Of a stretch of 64,000 bases of DNA, positions 57,781 through 64,000 are shown piece after piece (within the stretch, counting starts at the first letter, position 1; each line of letters starts with the position of its first letter). The notes below the pieces were generated by a model. That model saw only the letters and a list, made by a program, of their open reading frames with translations, was not told the DNA's origin and searched no databases. The stretch lies in the sequence record DRR378314_606. One strand, written 5' to 3'. The translations under genes and the position numbers were made by a program.

Positions 57781-59418
57781 ATGAAAAATCTCATATATAT
57801 ATTTTCGTTGTTCATGATAATAACTTCATGCAATGAAGACCAGTGGTTAGAGGAGGAAGCTTTTAGTTTTTATACTCCAGACAATTCCTTTACTACCCCC
57901 GAACAGTTGGATATAGCCGTAGTCCAACTATACAGAAATGTAAGTAATATGTTATATGGTAGTGGTGCCAACGGAGATGCATTTACATTTCAATACACCA
58001 CGGATGTAGGGTATGATGCTATTGCCCCAAACCATGAACTTAATTCATGGGGAGATCAGATACGCCCAGAAAAAAGACAAATCGGAAGGTTTTGGAACGA
58101 TTTATATCAACAGATTTATGATGCAAACGTCATATTGAACAGAATAGATAATATTGAATTTATGTCCGAGGATCAACGAAATATTAAAAAAGGAGAGGCT
58201 AAATTTTTTAGGGCATTTGCCTATAGGGGATTAGTAACTATGTATGGTGGTGTTCCTTTAGTTTTAGAGGAAACCGATTCGCCAAAAAGAGATTTCGTAA
58301 GAGCTTCGGCAGCAGAGGTCTGGGCTCAAATCATTGAAGATCTTACCGATGCCGCCCAATTTTTACCAGGAGCAGACGAAGTGGAACAGGATGGACGAAT
58401 AGCTAAAGGAGCAGCCTTTCACTTGTTGTCAGAAGCATATATTGTAATAAAGGACTATCCGAAAGCGATAACCGCAGCGTCTGAAGTAATAGACAATTTA
58501 GGTTATTCTCTAATGAAAGACCGCTTTGGAACTAGAAGTGATGAGCCAGGTGATGTGTATTGGGACCTTTTTAGAAGGGGCAATCAGAATAGGGGATCTG
58601 GTAATACCGAATCAATTTATGTGTCACAATATGAATATCTTGTAGCTGGAGGTGAAATTGAAGACAACCTTGCAAGGTTCCTGGTACCCCTATACTGGCA
58701 ATTAAAGGGTAACAGTGATGGCTTAAACCTTTTTGTTGGACCAACGCAGAAGTATGGTGGACGTGGTATAGGCTGGTGGGCCGCATCCGATTATATGCTT
58801 AATCAAGTTTGGCATGACTCAGGAAATGATATGAGAAATTCTGAGTACAATATAATACGTGATATTGTCTCGGACAATCCGGAATCTGCTTATTATGGAC
58901 AAAAGATTATCGAAAGTGGCTCTATTACGGAGTTTAGTGATCCATTAAAACGTTGGTGGAGCGCTATTTTTGCTAAAAGTACCCCAATTAATAACTTTCC
59001 AGCCGAGGTGGGGGATAATCAAGCCAATAGCTCTTATCGTGATCGTTATGTAATGCGATTGGCAGAAACATTCTTATTAAGGGCGGAAGCACATTACCTG
59101 AATGGTAATTTGGATGCTGCTGCCGACGACATTAACGAAATTCGAGAACGTTCAATGGCAAGTCCAATTACTTCAAGTGATGTTACTATGGAGTTTATTT
59201 TGGACGAAAGGGCTAGGGAGCTTTTTGTAGAAGAAAACAGATTGATGACCTTAATGAGAACAGGAACTCTAGTAGAACGTGTGCGGGCATTTAATCCCAT
59301 GCATAACGGGACTTTGGGAACGAATCAGATTTTTGACTATCAGAATCTATGGCCTATCCCGAATAGTGAAATTGAAAGGAATACAGAAGCCAAATTGGAT
59401 CAAAATCCCGGATATTAG
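57781..59418 (+). CDS. susD: SusD/RagB family lipoprotein
   Basis: Lipobox ITSC, GEAKFFRAFAY, MRLAETFLLRAEA, ILDERARELFVE, QNPGY. Confidence 0.95.
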   Translation: MKNLIYIFSLFMIITSCNEDQWLEEEAFSFYTPDNSFTTPEQLDIAVVQLYRNVSNMLYGSGANGDAFTFQYTTDVGYDAIAPNHELNSWGDQIRPEKRQIGRFWNDLYQQIYDANVILNRIDNIEFMSEDQRNIKKGEAKFFRAFAYRGLVTMYGGVPLVLEETDSPKRDFVRASAAEVWAQIIEDLTDAAQFLPGADEVEQDGRIAKGAAFHLLSEAYIVIKDYPKAITAASEVIDNLGYSLMKDRFGTRSDEPGDVYWDLFRRGNQNRGSGNTESIYVSQYEYLVAGGEIEDNLARFLVPLYWQLKGNSDGLNLFVGPTQKYGGRGIGWWAASDYMLNQVWHDSGNDMRNSEYNIIRDIVSDNPESAYYGQKIIESGSITEFSDPLKRWWSAIFAKSTPINNFPAEVGDNQANSSYRDRYVMRLAETFLLRAEAHYLNGNLDAAADDINEIRERSMASPITSSDVTMEFILDERARELFVEENRLMTLMRTGTLVERVRAFNPMHNGTLGTNQIFDYQNLWPIPNSEIERNTEAKLDQNPGY

Positions 59419-59513
59419 AACCTAATATGGAATGGTTAGTTTTATATGGAAGAGATAATTGGTTAATATTTTACCATTTAATTAAAAGTATAGTTTTGAG
59501 TTAGTTGGAAAAT

Positions 59514-59542
59514 GGACTGGATTTGATACCAGTCCTTTTTTT
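59514..59542 (+). terminator. Intra-operon terminator-like hairpin after the second susD
   Basis: GGACTGG-ATTTGATA-CCAGTCC-TTTTTTT. Confidence 0.7.
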
Positions 59543-59561
59543 AAATAAATATAAGTATACA

Positions 59562-61982
59562 ATGAATTTTAGTAAAAAAAAATTACTCATTTTTTTATTG
59601 ATCGGCCTTAGTAAGTTATTTTCCCAATCACCACGAACGTTACCTGATTCATATAATATTGTTTGGCACGAACAAAGTAAAAATAGTTCAGAATCAATGC
59701 CATTGGGTGGTGGCGATATTGGATGTAACGTATGGGTAGAAAACGGTGAGGTTCTACTTTATGTTCAGCGCAGTGGCAGTTTGAGTGAAAACGGAGAGTT
59801 TTTAAAAATGGGCCGCTTCCGCATAAACTTGAATCCAAATCCATTTGATGGAGAAAATAGCTTCAAGCAAGAATTAAAATTAATCGACGGATTTATTGAG
59901 GTTGAATCAGAGAAAAAGGTTGGTCCAAATAGTTTAAATGCCAAAATTAAATTATGGGTCGATGTATATCGACCAATAGTACACATAGATGTAGAATCAA
60001 ATCAAAAAATAAATGCCACTGTTGAATATGAAAGTTGGCGGACAGAAGATAAAGAATTGACATTCGGAAAGGAACGCTTCGGGGCATTTGGCCTTGAAGG
60101 ATATCCCGGAAAAGTTATCAGGACCAAAGACATTTTTGAACAAACAACCGATGGAATTTTATTTTATCACCGCAACCCGGACCAAAAACCTGTGCCTGAG
60201 GCATTTGTAAAACTTCAGGGGTTGGAGGCATATGCTGATGAAATAAAAGATGACCTAAAAAATCGAACATTTGGAGGATTGTTATTTGGCGAGGGCTTTA
60301 TTGCAAATGGAACCAAGATTGGAATGTATCAGAATACTCCCTTTAAATCATGGGGATTAAAAAGTAACACCGCAAAAAGGAAACATAAAATTAGTATTGC
60401 AACACACATTGCACAAGCTGAAACAGTTTCCGAATGGAAAGCCAAGCTTTTAAATACGGTTGAATCTTCTAAAGCTGACCATCAGAAATCAATTGAGAAT
60501 TCCGTATTGTGGTGGAACGATTTCTGGAACCGAAGTTATATTGTGATCCAACCTGGAAATTCGAATCCTAACGATTCCATTTGGCAAATTGGGCGCAACT
60601 ATCAATTGTTCCGTTACCAGTTGGGGGGAAATGCTTTTGGCGAATACCCTACAAAATTTAACGGTGGTAATCTAACTTTTGATTCTGGTCTGGTAGATGA
60701 AGAAAAAGCGCACGGCCCAGATTGGCGTCAATGGGGCGGATCCGTGTTTACGGCACAAAACCAGAGATTGCTTTATTGGCCAATGCTAAAATCGGGTGAT
60801 TTCGATGCCATATTGCCTCAGTTTGAACTTTACCTAAAAGGACTGCCAGGTGCAACTGCACGTGTAAAAGAACATTTTGGCCATGATGGGGCAGTTTATT
60901 GTGAATATACGAGTGTTCCAGGAATAGCCTTTGGTGATGGCTGGGGATGGCAGAATGATAAGAATTATAGAATACGTGGGGAGGAAACTCCCTTTGGCGA
61001 TCCTCGGGCAAATGGGGCTAAAGCATATAATGATCTGGTAGAAAAAGGGGTAATGGCAAATGGATCGATAGCCTATCATTGGGAGTCGCAGATTGAACAT
61101 GCCTATATGATCCTGGAGTATCACCGATTTACCGGAGCAGATATAACAAGGTATATGCCTTTCATTGAAAAGGCTCTAATTTTTTTCGATGAACACTACC
61201 GGGCACGACAAAAAATGCGTAATGCTAAAGAATTGGATGAAAACGGAAAACTTGTAATTTTCCCTTCTACTTCTTGCGAATCGTATAGAGGAGCAAAAAA
61301 CCCTGTTGACGTACTTTCGGGTCTTAATGCATGCTTGACCACCATGCTGACCTTAAGCGAAAAATTACTCCCTTCGAAAAGAAAAGAATACTATCGGGAA
61401 TATTTAAACCGCATTCCCAATTATGCATTTGAAGAGGTCAATGGGCTACGAACAATTAAGCCAGCAGAAAGCTGGATCGAAGAGTCCAATCAAGAGCTGC
61501 CACAATTCTACCCGCTGTTTCCTTTTAATCAGTTTAAAATTGGTGATACGGAGATTGAATCATTCAAAAATTCTTATGATTTAGCTCCTGCGTTCCGAAA
61601 GGGAACTATTATGAGCTGGCATCAGGACGGTATTCAATTTGCTAGGATGGGAATGACGGACGCTGCGGCAGATTATAATTCAAAGAAATTGAAAAATTCA
61701 GAACGTCGATATCCCACATTCTGGGGCCCTGGACATGACTGGGTTCCCGATCATAACTGGGGAGGTTCTGGTATGATCGGACTACAAGAAATGTTGATGC
61801 AATGTTTTGGAAACCAAATACTGTTGTTTCCGGCGTGGCCAAAAACCTGGGATGTGAATTTTAAGTTGCATGCACCCAAAAATACTATTGTTGAAGGAAT
61901 ATTCAAAGACGGTAAAATCGAGGAACTAAAAGTGTTTCCTGAAAGTAGACGGGCCGACGTACGTATAGTTAATCATAAATAG
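59562..61982 (+). CDS. DUF5703-domain protein with GH95-like (alpha/alpha)6 C-terminus
   Basis: Signal peptide; SKNSSESMPLGGGDIGCNVW, PTKFNGG, AQNQRLLYWPML, GLQEMLMQ...LFPAWPKTWDVNFKLHAP. ATG 59562 is preferred. Confidence 0.7.
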   Translation: MNFSKKKLLIFLLIGLSKLFSQSPRTLPDSYNIVWHEQSKNSSESMPLGGGDIGCNVWVENGEVLLYVQRSGSLSENGEFLKMGRFRINLNPNPFDGENSFKQELKLIDGFIEVESEKKVGPNSLNAKIKLWVDVYRPIVHIDVESNQKINATVEYESWRTEDKELTFGKERFGAFGLEGYPGKVIRTKDIFEQTTDGILFYHRNPDQKPVPEAFVKLQGLEAYADEIKDDLKNRTFGGLLFGEGFIANGTKIGMYQNTPFKSWGLKSNTAKRKHKISIATHIAQAETVSEWKAKLLNTVESSKADHQKSIENSVLWWNDFWNRSYIVIQPGNSNPNDSIWQIGRNYQLFRYQLGGNAFGEYPTKFNGGNLTFDSGLVDEEKAHGPDWRQWGGSVFTAQNQRLLYWPMLKSGDFDAILPQFELYLKGLPGATARVKEHFGHDGAVYCEYTSVPGIAFGDGWGWQNDKNYRIRGEETPFGDPRANGAKAYNDLVEKGVMANGSIAYHWESQIEHAYMILEYHRFTGADITRYMPFIEKALIFFDEHYRARQKMRNAKELDENGKLVIFPSTSCESYRGAKNPVDVLSGLNACLTTMLTLSEKLLPSKRKEYYREYLNRIPNYAFEEVNGLRTIKPAESWIEESNQELPQFYPLFPFNQFKIGDTEIESFKNSYDLAPAFRKGTIMSWHQDGIQFARMGMTDAAADYNSKKLKNSERRYPTFWGPGHDWVPDHNWGGSGMIGLQEMLMQCFGNQILLFPAWPKTWDVNFKLHAPKNTIVEGIFKDGKIEELKVFPESRRADVRIVNHK

Positions 61983-62008
61983 GAAAGTAAAATAGGTAAA
62001 TAGATATT

Positions 62009-64000
62009 ATGAAAATAAAAGTAGGAATTATAGCTTATTTGCTCTTTGTTTATAATGTATTTGGGCAAACCAATTCAAACATCCTTCAGTATGATAAACC
62101 TGCCGAGGTATGGACGGAGGCCTTACCCATAGGGAATGGATATATGGGAGGAATGGTCTTTGGTGATCCCTTCAAGGAGAGGATTCAACTCAACGAGTCA
62201 ACACTGTATAGTGGTGATCCGAACAGGAAATATGAAAATTTTAATATTCGCGAGGATTATAATGAAATTATGGCATTGTTTGATCAGGGTAAATATGCCG
62301 AAGGTCAGGAAATGGTTCAAAAAAAATGGTTGGGTCGCCCGCAGGATTTGTACCAGCCCATGAGTGATCTCTGGATAGATATGGCACATACCGGAAAGGT
62401 CTCCAACTACCAAAGAGTATTGGATATTTCCAAAGCCGTACATAAAGTGTCGTATGCCATTGGTAATACTAAATACGAACGGGAAGTTTTTGCCAGTTAT
62501 CCAGATCACATATTTGTTATTAAGCTTTCGGCCAATGGACCGGATCAAATGAGCGGAGCGATATCTTTTTCCACGATTCACGAACCGACTATGGAAGTTG
62601 GTGGCTCAAATAATGAACTTTACCTCAATGCACAGGTACCTGGATTTGCACTGAGAAGAACCCTTGAGCACGTGGAAAACTATCAGGACGAGCATAAATA
62701 TCCAGAAATATATAATAAGGATCGTAGTAGAAAGCCTATTGCCAAACAGATTCTATACCATGATGAGGTGGATGGGTTAGGCATGTACTTTCAATCTCGT
62801 TTAATAGTTGATCACGAGGGTGGTGAAGTAGTGTACATCGATGGGAAGTTAACGTTTACGAATGTCGATGAAATGGTAATAAAGCTTACAGCGGCTACAA
62901 GTTTTACAGCTTTCGACGAAAGCCCTATTAGTAAAGAATTGCCTGAACAAAGGGTTAAGTCATATCTTAAAGGGGTACTGAATTCCAATTATGAGAAAAT
63001 TAAAGAACGTCATATTGCGGACTACACTTCTCTGTTTGATCGAGTCGATCTTGAAATAAACAAAGTCGGGAAACGGTCAAATCTGCCCACAGACGAACGG
63101 ATCATGCGCTACAAAGAGGGTGGTGATGAAAATCTCGCAGCCTTATTTTTTCAGTACGGGCGGTATTTGATGATTTCGGGCTCCAGGCCTGGAGGCCAAC
63201 CACTTAATTTACAGGGAATTTGGAATGATAAACTTATACCACCATGGGCCAGTGCCTATACAATGAATATTAATATGGAAATGAATTACTGGCCTGCGGA
63301 GGTCACAAATCTCTCGGAATGCCATGAGCCATTTTTCACATCTGTAAAGGAGTTGTCGGAAAATGGGGCAAAAGTGGCACGCTCAATGTATGGTAATTCT
63401 GGATGGTTGGCCAACCACAATATGTCCATTTGGCGGAATTCTGGGCCTGTTGATTCCTGTGCCTGCTCATTTTGGCCAGTAGCTTCGGGTTGGCTGGTTA
63501 GCCATTTTTGGGAACATTATCTTTTCACGGGTAATGAGGAATTTCTTAGGGAGGAAGCCTACCCATTACTTAAGGGAGCAGTGCTTTTTTACAAAGATTG
63601 GCTGGTTCCGAATCAAGACGGTTTTTTGGTAACACCTGTAGGTCATTCGCCTGAACAGAGTTTTTTATATGGGGAAGGAGAAAGCTCAACTTTAAGTCCA
63701 GGGCCAACGATGGATATGGCCTTAATTAAGGAAAGCTTTAGTCGTTATTTGCAATCCCTGGACATTTTGGGAATTGAGGATGCCGAATTGAAGAATGAAA
63801 TAATGGAAAAACAAAGTCGATTGTTACCTTATCAAATAGGGAAATACGCACAGCTTCAAGAATGGCAGTTCGACTTTGAAGATAAGGAAATTCACCATCG
63901 ACATATTTCCCATTTGTATCCTTTCCATCCTGGAAACCAAATTACACCAACAACTAGCCCGGAATTGACAAAGGCTGTAAAGCAAGTATTGTTAAGAAGA
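62009..64000 (+). CDS. GH95 alpha-L-fucosidase/L-galactosidase family protein (runs off the window end; absent from the ORF track)
   Basis: Manual translation MKIKVGIIAYLL...YDKPAEVWTEALPIGNGYMGGMVFG...ERIQLNESTLYSG, later FQYGRYLMISGSRPG, NLQGIWN, NINMEMNYWPAE, GHSPEQ, LQEW and HRHISHLY. Confidence 0.92.
   Translation, partial: MKIKVGIIAYLLFVYNVFGQTNSNILQYDKPAEVWTEALPIGNGYMGGMVFGDPFKERIQLNESTLYSGDPNRKYENFNIREDYNEIMALFDQGKYAEGQEMVQKKWLGRPQDLYQPMSDLWIDMAHTGKVSNYQRVLDISKAVHKVSYAIGNTKYEREVFASYPDHIFVIKLSANGPDQMSGAISFSTIHEPTMEVGGSNNELYLNAQVPGFALRRTLEHVENYQDEHKYPEIYNKDRSRKPIAKQILYHDEVDGLGMYFQSRLIVDHEGGEVVYIDGKLTFTNVDEMVIKLTAATSFTAFDESPISKELPEQRVKSYLKGVLNSNYEKIKERHIADYTSLFDRVDLEINKVGKRSNLPTDERIMRYKEGGDENLAALFFQYGRYLMISGSRPGGQPLNLQGIWNDKLIPPWASAYTMNINMEMNYWPAEVTNLSECHEPFFTSVKELSENGAKVARSMYGNSGWLANHNMSIWRNSGPVDSCACSFWPVASGWLVSHFWEHYLFTGNEEFLREEAYPLLKGAVLFYKDWLVPNQDGFLVTPVGHSPEQSFLYGEGESSTLSPGPTMDMALIKESFSRYLQSLDILGIEDAELKNEIMEKQSRLLPYQIGKYAQLQEWQFDFEDKEIHHRHISHLYPFHPGNQITPTTSPELTKAVKQVLLRR

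Noticed and set aside
62136-62581. Two short ORFs reported near the window end
   Set aside because: They overlap the real GH95 gene starting at 62009, which the track omitted because it has no stop inside the window
1-64000. CRISPR arrays, tRNA/rRNA, IS/integrase/prophage genes, anti-phage defence systems
   Set aside because: No regularly spaced repeats, RNA gene signatures, or transposase, recombinase or nuclease motifs seen by eye; small ncRNAs cannot be excluded without a covariance-model search

Overview
A gene-dense window of a Bacteroidota chromosome, most likely a marine Flavobacteriaceae. That placement is inferred from SusC/SusD pairs, an HTCS, ECF/FecR, a TAnnTTTG promoter, A-rich non-Shine-Dalgarno leaders and many sulfatases. 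0-18 kb: assorted small accessory genes (M20 amidohydrolase, a decayed Na+/H+ antiporter remnant, MBL hydrolase, DedA, cupin/AraC, two VOC proteins, PLP decarboxylase, SGNH, ppnP, cytochrome c, two orphan glycosidase-like proteins). 18.3-24.8 kb: a four-gene operon of unknown function (ThuA; planctomycete-type di-haem DUF1549/DUF1553 lipoprotein with an inserted CBM6-like module; Tat-exported DUF1501; DUF2231/cytochrome c/LRR protein). 25-64 kb: a carbohydrate/sulfate catabolic region with four S1 sulfatases, a propeller-GH29 fusion, a compact HTCS-SusC-SusD-GH130-MFS-unknown lipoprotein PUL (candidate beta-1,2-mannoside system with a visible tandem operator), a two-subunit Tat molybdoenzyme, a GH140-like protein, and an ECF/FecR-SusC-SusD-DUF5703-GH95 PUL cut off by the window end. 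No rRNA, tRNA, CRISPR array or mobile element was recognised. All family calls come from recognising motifs by eye; no searches were run.
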